Source: Dendrobates tinctorius
Taxonomy: Eukaryota
DNA length: 64,000 nt
Reading direction: 5' to 3'
Assembly: GCF_039654945.1 (NCBI RefSeq)
Contig: NW_027361731.1
Coordinates: 25,420,001 to 25,484,000 of the forward strand
Every line of letters starts with the position of its first letter. Position 1 is the first letter of the stretch. The notes under the pieces were generated by a model that saw nothing but the letters and a program-made list of their open reading frames with translations, was not told the origin of the DNA and did not search any database. Both the position numbers and the translations under genes were made by a program. This document shows, one piece after another, positions 26,037 to 37,404 of the stretch.

Positions 26037-26037
26037 T

Positions 26038-26665
26038 TCATCCGCTAGCTGCAGCTCGGGTGCACGCGCCGGCCCCACAGGCTTAGTCTTGACCACGGGT
26101 ACAGGGGTTTTGAAGACAGTCTTGTGCGGGTCCACCACGGATGGTTTTGTGGCCCCTTGGCTGGATGCAGGCTCCGCAGCAGGTTTATCGCTGCCACCTG
26201 TGACCGTGTGCGTCCTGACCGCGCCATACTGCCATGTTGCTGTATGTTCTCCTGCATTGTTTGTCTTTCCAAAGACGTCCGTCTCTGCCTGGAAGCAGCA
26301 GAGGTGATCTGCACAGCTGGGGCCGATCTCACCTGTGCACCTGGCAGGAGCTGCTTACTGACTGGGGAGCTACAAGACTTCACACTCTGCTGGATTCCAT
26401 CACTCACTGACACTTTTCCTTCTTGCTTCTTTGCTGGAACTGGAGAAGGTTTTCCTCCCAAAACTTTAGTCAAAGCTTTCTCCTCCTTCACCGAACTGCT
26501 GCAGCTTTGGCTCGCTGCATTCACTGGTCTCACAGTGGCTTTGGGATTAACATTCCCATTAGTAGAAGCCTGGGAGGCTAGTCCCAGTGTAGGCCGGGAA
26601 GCCTGGGCCTTGCCAGGGGAGCTTCCCCGCCCAGGGTGGCCCCTCCCTGGGCTTGCTCCAGACAT
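26038..26665 (-). pseudogene. Tx1 ORF1, N-terminal low-complexity part, with one frameshift between ~26050 and ~26350
   Basis: ATG at 26665 (MSGASPG...); an alternative frame ending ...PARAPELQLADE joins the downstream ORF1 across the CR1 insertion. Confidence 0.7.
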
Positions 26666-26696
26666 CAGGAGAACCACTGACACACAACCTCACAGC

Positions 26697-27833
26697 TAGG
26701 AGGCAGTATTATAGTAGTTATATTCTTGTACATAGGAGCAGTATTATAGTAGTTATATTCTTGCACATAGGAGCAGTATTATAGTAGTTATATTCTTGTA
26801 CATAGGGGGCAGTATTATAGTAGTTATATTCTTGTACATAGGGGGCAGTATTATAGTAGTTATATTCTTGTACATAGGGGCAGTATTATAGTAGTTATAT
26901 TCTTGTACATAGGGGGCAGTATTATAGTAGTTATATTCTTGTACATAGGAGCAGTATTATAGTAGTTATATTCTTGTACATAGGAGAGCAGTATTATAGT
27001 AGTTATATTCTTGTACATAGGGGGCAGTATTATAGTAGTTATATTCTTGTACATAGGAGCAGTATTATAGTAGTTATATTCTTGCACATAGGAGCAGTAT
27101 TATAGTAGTTATATTCCTGTACATAGGGGGCAGTATTATAGTAGTTATATTCTTGTACATAGGGGACAGTTTTATAGTAGTTATATTCTTGTACATAGGG
27201 AGCAGTATTATAGTAGTTATATTCTTGTACATAGGGGCAGTATTATAGTAGTTATATTCTTGTACATAGGGGGCAGTATTATAGTAGTTATATTCTTGTA
27301 CATAGGGGGCAGTATTATAGTAGTTATATTCTTGTACATAGGAGCAGTATTATAGTAGTTATATTCTTGTACATAGGGGACAGTTTTATAGTAGTTATAT
27401 TCTTGTACATAGGGAGCAGTATTATAGTAGTTATATTCTTGTACATAGGGGCAGTATTATAGTAGTTATATTCTTGTACATAGGGGGCAGTATTATAGTA
27501 GTTATATTCTTGTACATAGGAGCAGTATTATAGTAGTTATATTCTTGTACATAGGAGCAGTATTATAGTAGTTATATTCTTGTACATAGGGGCAGTATTA
27601 TAGTAGTTATATTCTTGTACATAGGGGACAGTTTTATAGTAGTTATATTCTTGTACATAGGGAGCAGTATTATAGTAGTTATATTCTTGTACATAGGGGC
27701 AGTATTATAGTAGTTATATTCTTGTACACAGGGGAGCAGTATTATACGAAGGTATATTCTTGTACATAGTAGCAGTATTATAGTAGTTATATTCTTGTAC
27801 ATAGGGGGCAGTATTATAGTAGTTATATTCTTG
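26697..27833. repeat. 35/36-bp minisatellite (far side of the Tx1)
   Basis: Same unit and orientation. Confidence 0.97.
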
Positions 27834-28371
27834 AATGATCTTTGGATTGCAGAGGTATAGAAGAAATGGGAAAGAATGAAAATATAAGAATAATTCTTTA
27901 TGGAATAAACTCTGCGGTTATCATTAGTTGGAGCTGCTACATTTGCCATCTATGGGGACTGCCTTTGGATGACTAGTTGAGAAGTTCATCTCTATTATTT
28001 GGGGCTCGGCATCTATCGCTGTATCTCAGGATTCCCTAGATAACATTTGAGGACATTCTTTATTCACAATGGTTCTTGTGATTGGAGGAGGCGGATTCCC
28101 TTCTACAATAATTATGGTTGTTTGTGGCGTCTGAATGGGCTCCTGATTGTTTCAGCCTTTTCTGAGAGATTGTTGTTGATGGGGAAACCACATTTCAGCA
28201 GGGTGGGTGGAGATTTGACATGTTTCAGCTGTCATCTGTCTCTCTCCTTCATTATGAACAGAGATGGCGCAAGGAAAAGAGAGGCCAACAGACGTCGCAA
28301 CAACGCCGATCCTCAGATCCTCTCTGGTCAGAACTACAGAACTACTCTCTGCTCCCTACCCAGGGACTCAC

Positions 28372-28514
28372 TTTCAGCTGTCTCCGGACTCGGTCAATGA
28401 AGAATTTCCAGCAGTTTTCTCTGGTGTCCAGCAGGCCTTGACCCTTCACTTCATTCCTGACGGCTCCGATGATATTTTCCACTTCGTCATCTGGGAACAG
28501 GTCAGGGATCTCAC
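28372..28514 (-). CDS. dnah9: Dynein heavy chain exon (143 nt): EIPDLFPDDE...RVRRQLK
   Basis: AG/GT boundaries; phase 1 to 0. Confidence 0.95.
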
Positions 28515-28729
28515 CTGGTGAGAAAAGGACATCTTCTCTAGTACATGTTGGGCGGGGGAGAAAGGTCAATGGGGAGAAAAACCATTAAGTGCTGTTCATA
28601 GAGGGGTGTTGGCTATCCCATCCCAGCTCTCACATAAATACGGGTTCACCCAAGCGTGCCCTTTTTCACAACACGGAGATGAATTGGTGAATTGGTAATA
28701 GACATTTCAGATTGAGGAGACATGCTCAC

Positions 28730-28853
28730 CAGATGCCAGTAAGTCATTGACTAGAACAAGGAACTTCTCATCGGCCACCTGAGCATCCGTCATGAGGAAA
28801 ACTGTCCCCACGTTCTTCACCCCGGCTTTAATGTACTGGTTCGCCAGATCAGC
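28730..28853 (-). CDS. dnah9: Dynein heavy chain exon (124 nt): [11 protein letters not shown]...VNDLLASG
   Basis: Translated by hand; AG/GT boundaries; phase 0 to 1. Confidence 0.95.
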
Positions 28854-28915
28854 CTGAAGATATGAAAAAAGTGCATATTTTCATGACAGACCATTAATAC
28901 CCGTTGTACACGTAC

Positions 28916-29800
28916 CACTACTAGAGGTATTCCCAGACTACAGGTGTAACTACCAGAGGTATTCCCAGACTACTGGTGTCACTATCAGAGGTATTTCAAG
29001 ACTACTGGTGTCACTACCAGAGATATTCCCCAGACTACAGGTGTCACTGCCAGAGGTATTCCCAGACTACAGGTGTCACTATAACAGGTATTCCCAAACT
29101 AAGGGTGCCACTACCAGAAGTATTCCCAGACTACATGTATCACTACCAGAGATATTCCCAGACTACAAGTGTCACTACCAGAGGTATTCCCAGGCTACTG
29201 GTGTCACTACCAGAGGTATTCCCAGACTACTGGTGTCACAACCAGAGATATTCCCAGACTACAGGTGTCACTGCCAGAGGTATTCCCAGACTACAGGTGT
29301 CACTACTAGAGGTATTCCAAGAATAATGGTGTCACTACCAGAGGTATTCCCAGAATAATGGTATCACTACCATAGATATCTCCAGACAACAGGTGTCACT
29401 ACCAGAGGTATTCCCAGACTACTGGTGTCACTACCAAAAGGTATTCCCAGACTACTGGTGTCATTACCAGTGGTATTCCAAGACTACTGGTGTCACTACT
29501 AGAGGTATTCCCAGACTACAGGTGTCACTACCAGAGTTATTCCCAGAATAATGGTGTCACTACCAGAGATATTCCTAGACTACAGGTGTCACTACCAGAA
29601 GTATTCCAAGACTACAGGTGCCACTACCAGAGGTATTCTCAGAATAATGGTGTCACTACCAGAGATATTCCCAGACTACAAGTGTCACTACAAGCAATAT
29701 TCACAGACTACCTGTGTCACTACCAGAGGTATTCCCAGAACAACGGTTTCACTACCAGAGACATTTCCAAACTACAGGTGTCACTACCAAAGACATTCCT

Positions 29801-29804
<4 letters not shown>
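28916..29804. repeat. 32-bp minisatellite (GGTGTCACTACCAGAGGTATTCCCAGACTACA)
   Basis: About 28 tandem copies. Confidence 0.95.

Positions 29805-29842
<38 letters not shown>
29805..29842. repeat. (TA)n microsatellite
   Basis: Perfect TA run. Confidence 0.97.
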
Positions 29843-29844
<2 letters not shown>

Positions 29845-30235
29845 GTATATATATGGTACCAAATGTGGATTCATGCTGTATTGATGTCATATAGGCCAGG
29901 AGGACAATTTTTGTCAAATTCTGGGTGCATGGCTCACAAGGACACATAATATATGTTGGGGAAAAAAAGGCAAAAGCCAATGTACACATTAGATAAAAGT
30001 CAGCCGAACCCACAATTTTTGGCCAGATCAGCCGACCAGGTTACATATAAGGAGCCCTCCTCACTGGGTGACTTGACTATTTACTCCATCCTTACTTTTT
30101 GCAGGCAGATGAGTCTGCCATCAGCTTACTCCACTTTCCCCACAGAGATCTCATCAACTCTTGGCAGAGCTGAGGGTTCATGTGTCTTTGGGGGTTAGGA
30201 AGGACACAACCACCATCATCTGCTGACCACTTCAC

Positions 30236-30398
30236 CTTGAGATCTGGGATGCCGTAGCCTTTCCTCAGAGTGATTTGGAAGACCTCCAAGGAGCTGATGT
30301 AAGCTGCCAGTCTGGTCAGACTCTGCTTTCCGCTCCCTCCGACCCCAACTAGCAGAGCATTTCCCCTTGGGGACTCCAGGATGCGGTTGATTCTGCAG
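30236..30398 (-). CDS. dnah9: Dynein heavy chain exon (163 nt): [26 protein letters not shown]...IPDLK (AAA4 P-loop)
   Basis: AG/GT boundaries; phase 2 to 0; Walker A. Confidence 0.95.
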
Positions 30399-31053
30399 CT
30401 TTGTAAAAAAATAACAAAAGAAAATCATAAAACTTGTCACAAATCACCTGAGACGTAGTGAGCTGAGCTGAGTGGGCAGTCCGTTAATTGGCCTGACATT
30501 AACAGCCGCCAAGAGCAACCGGCAACTGCTAGATGGCAGAGAATGCTGGAACTTGTAGTTTCACAACAGCAGAGGAGCCGCAGACACCTTGTATTGGATA
30601 GATAATGTGAAAAATCCAAGTGATGTAAAATGACGTAAATTTTTCTGAGACTGATAATTTTTTAAAATTTCCATTGAAAGAGTTGTGTGAGGGCCGTCTT
30701 ATTGTTGTGAGCGCCAAGCTGTAGTTTATATTGGCACCGTACATTGGCACTGCTCACAGCATGAGAACCTACTGCGCAGCATGAGAACTTACAGTAAGTT
30801 TTCATGCTGTGACGAGCGGTGATGTCAGTAAGGTCACCGTAGTTCAGAGGCTGTGAACTGTGATAACCTTACTGATGTCACCGCTCGTCACAATAGCCGG
30901 GTTCTCGCGCTGTGTAGCACGAGACCCGGGAATGGCTGTTGTTCCAGTCTATGGAGCTGCAATCTCTGAATGAGGCTCCATAGACAGGATGAAGAAGACA
31001 GGGATCGTCATGGGACCTCCATTTGGATTACGGCGGACCCTGTGGAATATTTT

Positions 31054-31536
31054 TGTTATGATAATTGTGATAGGCTATGTGGATATCATTTTGTGTATAT
31101 TTCTATTTCACTGATCTTCATAGTGTTTTTCTTGTTGCCTTGTATGTCTGCAGCCTGACTTTTATCTATGTCTCTTGATGACCGCCTGTAGTGTCATAAT
31201 CCCCCCAGGCACCTTTGTCAGGCATGGAAGGCCTGAAAGTTGTCCAAACCCGTCTGGCTACTCCTGGACATGGGGAGGGGGCTGGAAGGGACAAGAGGGG
31301 GGAAGTCAGTCCCTGTGTGGAGAGCATCGTGTGAAGACAGGAGTTCAGGGAGAAAGAAGAGTATATGGAACATGTTATCCTGTTACTAAACTGCATTCAG
31401 ATTCTGGACTATCTTATCCTTTGTGTGGTGGACTGAATATGGACCTTTCGTATTTTTGCCTAAATAAAGGTCTTGGAATTGTTCACTCTCCGCTTGCTCT
31501 GTTGATTGTGTGATACCAGAGAAGGACCCTGTGACA
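31054..31536 (+). mobile_element. Solo-LTR-like element
   Basis: TGT...GTGACA ends, AATAAA near 31462, related fragment at 4860-5019; no clear TSD, left end uncertain. Confidence 0.55.
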
Positions 31537-32844
31537 ATAATCAATGGGTTAAAGGGGGTAATTGACGGGAAGTGTTTTGTACAATTAAAGGATTTTTCTG
31601 TGTGTCTGTGTTTAGTTCTTTTGACTTTAGTAATGGGGGTGTCTGACAGACGCCTCTCCATTATTAACCCCTGGGCTTGATGTTAGCGGTCATTACACAA
31701 CTGACATCCACCGCAAAACCATTACCCCGATTACCACAGCTCCAGGACAATCGGAAAGAGCCAGATTTGGTGCATTTAATGGATGGGCCATTTCTGGGAC
31801 AGAAGAGGGCTGCTCTTATTAGTCTGAGAAGGGGCCAATATCCATGGCCCTGCCTAACCTATTAATATCAGTCTGCAACTGTCTGCTTAGCCCTTTGATG
31901 GTTATTAAAAATAGGAAGGACCGCACATAATTTTTTTTGTGTGGTCCCTCCTTTTTAATAACCAGTAAAGGCTAAGCAGACAGTTGTGAGTTGATATTAA
32001 TAAGCTGGGAAGCTCCATGGATATTGGCCCCTTCCCAAACTTACACATGTGGTCAAAGGTGGTGGTACCCCTCATATAATGACAGAAAAACCCACAGTGG
32101 TGACAGAAATAACTTGAATCTGATAAAAGTAGTAATAAATCAAAAAGCTATGAAAATGAACAAATGAAAGACAGACATTGCTTTTCAACCATGTTTCCAC
32201 AGAATTTAAAAAAAATAAATAAAACTCATGAAATAGGCCTGGATGGTTCCCTTAACTTAATATTTTGTTGCACAACCTTTTGAGGCAATCACCGCAATCA
32301 AACGATTCCTGTAACTGTCAATGACACTTCTGCACCTCTTGACAGGTATTTTGGTCCACACTCCTCAAGAGCGAACTGCTCCAGTTGTCTCGTGTTTGAA
32401 GGTTGCCTTTTCCAGATGGCAAGTTTCAGCTCTTTCCAAAGATGCTCAATAGGATTTAGGATTGCATGGTAAACTACTGCACTCGTGAGGATTATATCAT
32501 GCAATATAATTTATTTTATTCTTCTGCACAAGGTTCACCACAAAATTAAGTGACAAAATAATGGAGAAAAAAAGAATTCCTTTAAAGCGATTCTTTTTAA
32601 CATTTCCCGGGTCTTTCTCAAATTCGCTAAAAGTAAAAACAAAAAAACATCAGTGTAACATAACAGGGCCTCCTCCATGTTTCACAGTAGGGACAGTGTT
32701 CTTTTCTTGTTATGCTTCATTTATTCGTCTGTGAACATAGAGCTGATGTGCCTTGCCAAAAAGATCCATTCTTGTCTCATCTGTCCATAGGACATTCTCC
32801 CAGAAGCTTTGTGGTTTGTCAACATGTAGTTTGGCAAATTCCAT

Positions 32845-33416
32845 TGTCATGATCCAGGCCGGGTTTTGCATCCTGTCTCCCTTTCCCGGTCTGATCATGT
32901 TAAAGGTTAACTTTCTCTGCCTCGTTCCAGCGCCAGGTCGGATATTTCTCTTCTTTCTCTTCACCGCATCCTGGAGGCGGTGTCAGTTATAGTTTCTGCC
33001 TACGGCGTGAGTAGCTGACTCTATGTACACCCTGATTTGTCCTTTTGCTGTTGCTGACTTTGCCCGTGTCTGTTTTGCTTCCCTCTTCCCGTCCCGACTC
33101 TGTGTTCCCCTTTTCATGTTTTGGACTCTCTGGTATCTGACTTGGCTTGGACCCTGACCTGCTATTTGTCTTGTCTTTGGCATATCTGCTCCTGACTGGT
33201 ACTGACCCATTTGGCTTTGTTCTGACTTTGTGTTTGTTTATTCCATTGGTACTGCGCTAAAGACTAATATCTACCCAGCTTGTTTGACTATTCTGCTACC
33301 ACCTGCTGGTAGTCTCGCTGCTGCGCTGCAGGTCTGCTCTTGCTGTGTGCAGTCCTCCCTCCACTCTATTGCCATCTAGTGGAGCTTGCATCTACCTGCA
33401 TAGCAGCAGCGTGACA
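32845..33416. mobile_element. Solo-LTR-like element inside the Tc1 transposase
   Basis: TGTCATG...CGTGACA ends; 5-bp TSD TCCAT/TCCAG (one mismatch). Confidence 0.8.
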
Positions 33417-34152
33417 TCCAGTCTAGCTTTTTTATGATTTTTTTTTTCAACAATGGTGTCCTCCTTGGTCGTCTCCCATGAAGTCCACTTTGGCTCATAC
33501 AATGAATGAAGGATGGTGCGGTCTGACACTGATGTTCCTTGAGCTTGAAGTTCACCTTTAATCTCTTTAGAAGTTTTTCTGGGCTCTTTTGTTAACATTC
33601 GTATTATCCGTCTCTTTGATTTGTCATGAATTTTCCTCTTGTGGCCACATCCATGGAGGTCGGCTACAGTCCCATGGAGCTTAAATTTCTGAATAATATG
33701 CGCAACTGTAGTCACAGGAACATCAAGCTGCTTGGAGATGGTCGTATAACCTTTACCTTTAACATATTTGTCTATAATTTTCTTTCTTATCTCCTGAGAC
33801 AACTCTTTCCTTTGCTTCCTCTTGTCCATGTTGAGTGTGATACACACCATGTCACCAAACAGCACAGTGAGTATCTGTAGCCCTCTATACAGGCCACTCA
33901 CTGATTGCAAGATTGTAGACACCTGTGATGCTAATTAGTGGACACACCTCAATTTAACATGTCCCTTTTGTCACATTATTTTCAGGGGTACCATCATTTC
34001 TGTCCAGGCCTATTTCATGAGGTTTATTTTTTTTTAAATTCTGTGGAAGCATGGCTGAAAAGCAATGTCTGACTTTCATTTGTTCATTTTCATAGATTTT
34101 TGATTTATTATTACTTTTGCGAGATTCAAGTTATTTCTGTGACCATTGTGGG

Positions 34153-34955
34153 TGTCACAGACCCACCGCTGACACCGGTATGTCACGGACGAAGGGATGC
34201 GACGCACTGCCGACACACGGCTATCACATGCACAAGGGGGCTTATCTTAGTTATCCCACCGCTGGCATCATGTGATAAAAAGCAGCAAGCTAGTCTTGCC
34301 CTAACAATTTATCGCAGGGGGGTTATTTTGGTTGTCCCTCCACTGCCCACAATACTTCACGAAACTTCCAGCTCGAATTACTGATTTTTGGGAGGGAATA
34401 CCTTATAGCTTGGGTTTGTGACATCATAAAAGGGCGGTCGGGAGATGGTCCTCCCCCTGCTCTTGGAGTTACAATTCTGACTACAAAACTTATAAAGACT
34501 ATATCTCGCAGAGGGTATCTCGTATAAACACGCACATGGTATCATTTTCTTTAGCCTGTCGAAGACAATAGTTAAAGACCAAACATGCAGTAATTATGTC
34601 CCACCGTTTAGTAGGAATCCAGTTCTCGATTTCTGTGGGTGCTGGAACCGTGAAACTTATGGGCCAGAACGCTGGGTCGAAGCATTTTGCAGAAATGTAA
34701 TTTTCATTTTTCTGTCGTGAACGAGGTGCGCGCTATGGCTTTTTTTAATATTTCCCATACCTGGATTTGTCGCATGGCAAGGACAAAGACATTCTTTCCA
34801 CTTAGCTTAATTAACATTCCTTAGCTAGAGAGAGGGAGTGTTTGCACAGGAAGTGTCTGGTGTAGGGTTACCAGCAGGCACAGAGCTCATCTGTAGTGTA
34901 GAGAATGGGAGATTCTGGAATGTTGCAGAGAAGATATATCTTACTTATCATTACA
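34153..34955 (-). mobile_element. Solo-LTR-like element (internally deleted copy) in the Tc1 right TIR
   Basis: TG...CA ends; perfect TSD GTGGG at 34148-34152 and 34956-34960; homologous to 36034-37404 in the opposite orientation. Confidence 0.85.
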
Positions 34956-35403
34956 GTGGGTTTTTCTTAGATTAAATGAGGGGTACCAACAATTTTGACC
35001 ACGTGCGTATAAGACCAGTTCCACAGCTGTGTGCGTTCCCTTAGCTGGTTATTAAAAATAGGTTAAACACCCTTCAGTGTCATATTAAAGGTAATAAAGG
35101 GTGCTAGCTTATTATATGTAGGCAGCTTGTGACATTAAATATCTACAGGGCATTTATTCTATTTATTGATCTATCCTATATACTGTATCTATTCTATCTA
35201 TATCTGTATATGCTTTATTAGTTTGTAAACTAGCTGACACCACAAGTCACCTGCTGCATACATTCGATGTGTGACATAGATGTACATCACACATCGGGAA
35301 AGGGGCGAGTTAACTGTTTCTCCAAAACCCATCTGGCTAAACAGCAACCAATTAAGGTGTAGCTTCCCTTTAATCCTGGTCATTCCTGGTGCTTTGTACT
35401 TAC

Positions 35404-35600
35404 ACGTGACTCATGGCATCCTCGAACAGTACCAGGTTCATGGCTGCATTGACCTCGTTGTGGTTGTCCAGAGTGTCCACCAGGATTTTGTTCAGCGTCG
35501 GCCATGACTGGACCGGCATGTATTTAGGCTCTCCGACGCCATTGGCAAAATGGCAAAACATGTTCATGGACCTCGCTGCCTCCAGGGTTTCATCTATCTC
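35404..35600 (-). CDS. dnah9: Dynein heavy chain exon (197 nt): EIDETLE...[13 protein letters not shown]
   Basis: Translated by hand; follows an 80-nt intron; donor GTAAGT; phase 0 to 2. Confidence 0.93.
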
Positions 35601-35680
35601 CTAGGGGACAAGAAGGGAAGAGGAGCAATCAGGACATAAAAGAAAAAAACCCACACGGCGCAGAAGACAGCTCCACTCAC

Positions 35681-35842
35681 ATCAAAGAACTTCTTCGCCA
35701 TGTCGGTCTGTATCTTATCGAACACCTCAAAATCCTTCTCTTCCACCATTTTGTCACGGTAAACGCGGTTAGACTCGTGCAGATAAAGCTTCACTAAGTC
35801 CTGAGGGGTCTTCAGGCAGTCCGGGGTGGAGAACAAGATGCC
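35681..35842 (-). CDS. dnah9: Dynein heavy chain exon (162 nt): GILFSTPD...HESNRVYRDKM...KKFFD
   Basis: AG/GT boundaries; phase 0 to 0. Confidence 0.95.
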
Positions 35843-36033
35843 CTGAAACAAGAACAATTTCATTGTGAAGATATTCCAATGTTAAAGGGAAGTCGTCAAA
35901 ACTTTTATTGTCCAAGGAACCTGCCATTATTCTCATGTGCCCCAATAGCAGGAAGCCAATTGGTTAACAAAGCACCTGCCATGTCCCCCTTGTTGCCATC
36001 TTGGTCCCCCTATGAACCCCAGACATACAGGAC

Positions 36034-37404
36034 TGTAATGATACTTGTAATGATACTGTAAGCTCTGATCTAAGGTTCCCTGAGCATTACACTACAGATG
36101 AGACTTCTGCCTGTCACACAGAGTGACCCCCCCTTTTCACCCACAGCTCACACACACCGCTGCTCTGTGCCTGCATCTGTAACAGGACACCAGACACTTC
36201 CTGTGCCAACATTCTCCTCTCCCCAGCTAAGGAATGTTAATTAGCTAAGTGGAAAGGATGTTCTTTGTCCTCTACCATGCGGCGAATTCAAGTATGGGAG
36301 ATATTAGCGAAGCTATAGCTCGGACCCCGTTCGCGACATAAAAACGAAACGGACATTTCTGCGACGTGCTCCAATCCGGCTTCACTACCGTGGTTCTTGC
36401 TAAGGTCTAGCACCCACAGAATCGGAGAAATGGATTCCTCCTAAACGGTGTGACATAATTACTGCATGTTTGGTCTTGAATTATTGTTTTCGACAGGCTG
36501 AAGAAAATGATACCATGTGCCTGTTTATACGAGGTACTCTCTGCGAGATACAGTTATAATAAGTTTAGTAGTCAGATTTTAACTCCTAGAGCAGGGAGCG
36601 GACCATCACCTGACTGCCCTTTTATGATGTCAGGACCCAGGACTATAGAGTACACTCATTCAGTTGGGAGGTCATTCTTGCTGGAGATTACGTGCTGCCA
36701 GGATTCCAGAAGCAGGGAAACGTCTGGCCCCGCCTCCCCACATGGTTAGCCTAAATCCATCTAAGCAAATGTAAGTGTTAATCTCTGTTTTGTAAATCCC
36801 ATTTATTTTATATTTGCATTGTACATACCTAATGTCTCAACTTTGTAATATCTTTTATCTGTGTAATCACTGCCCTTTTGAGAATAAATTATAAAAATTA
36901 TTAGCTCTGTCTCCATGATCTAAAAATGAATTTACGTGCCTTTAAGATAATTACGCTACTGAATTGGATTGGCTTCGAACCCCTCTATTAAGTTTCTAAC
37001 TTAAGCAGAAAAATCGGGAGCTGGTGGCAGCGAAGTGTGGTCTGGGTCCTAGGCACTGCTGAGAGTGACGGAAGGGATTTCATAAGCTAATTGGGTAGCT
37101 GCGGCCAGAGCATCTGATAATTCCCTCACTGCAGCATGCTGGGTGGCCAGTCCTCATTGAAGCAGCCGGCCGGTGACCAATTATCCCAGGTGTAGTTCCC
37201 TGACTGACCTGAGGGTAAGGGGGGTGCCAAAACAACCCCCTGCAATAAATTGTTAGGGCAAGACTAGCTTGCTATTTTTTATCACATTGTGGCAGCAATG
37301 GGATAATTAAGATAAGCCCCCCTGTGCACGTGATAGCCGTGTGTCGGAAGTGTGTCACGTCCCTCCGTCTGTGACATACCGGAGTCAGCGGCGGGATCGT
37401 GACA
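36034..37404 (+). mobile_element. Solo-LTR-like element, 1371 bp
   Basis: TGTAATG...GTGACA ends; perfect TSD AGGAC at 36029-36033 and 37405-37409; internal AATAAA near 36883. Confidence 0.85.

Larger units (their letters stand above)
21658..26037 (-). mobile_element. Near full-length CR1 LINE nested in Tx1 ORF1
   Basis: (ATTCTATG)n 3' tail; ORF2 APE+RT; ORF1 zinc finger plus SGNH esterase; TSD TCAT at 21654-21657 and 26038-26041; removing it restores ...QLADEIPGLV... in Tx1 ORF1. Confidence 0.92.
15922..26696 (-). mobile_element. Near full-length Tx1-clade (L1 group) non-LTR retrotransposon, ~6.4 kb excluding the nested CR1
   Basis: ORF1 with three CCHC knuckles; ORF2 with APE, RT and CCHC; AATAAA at the 3' end (~15925-15930); satellite on both sides with imperfect TSD TAGGGGCA (15914-15921) / TAGGAGGCA (26697-26705). 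Confidence 0.9.
32044..35007 (-). mobile_element. Decayed Tc1/mariner DNA transposon with long (~200-bp) TIRs
   Basis: TA on both flanks; TIRs CAC(A/G)TGGTCAAA...GGTACCCCTCAT; transposase pieces MDKRKQRKELSQEIRKKII (ATG 33829), WENVLWTDET, NPIEHLW; two later insertions. Confidence 0.9.
30750..35200. mobile_element. Probable non-autonomous DNA element with internal palindromes; hosts the LTR-like and Tc1 insertions
   Basis: Hairpins at ~30808-30891 and ~31828-32034; the same CAGCTGT..GGTTATTAAAAATAGG module resumes after the Tc1 (~35010-35062); termini not identified. Confidence 0.45.

Noticed and set aside
26860-27949. [12 protein letters not shown]-type ORFs, including the first ~22 aa of ORF 1354..2985
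   Set aside because: Reverse-strand translation of the 35-bp satellite; the L2 ORF only borrows its ATG from it.
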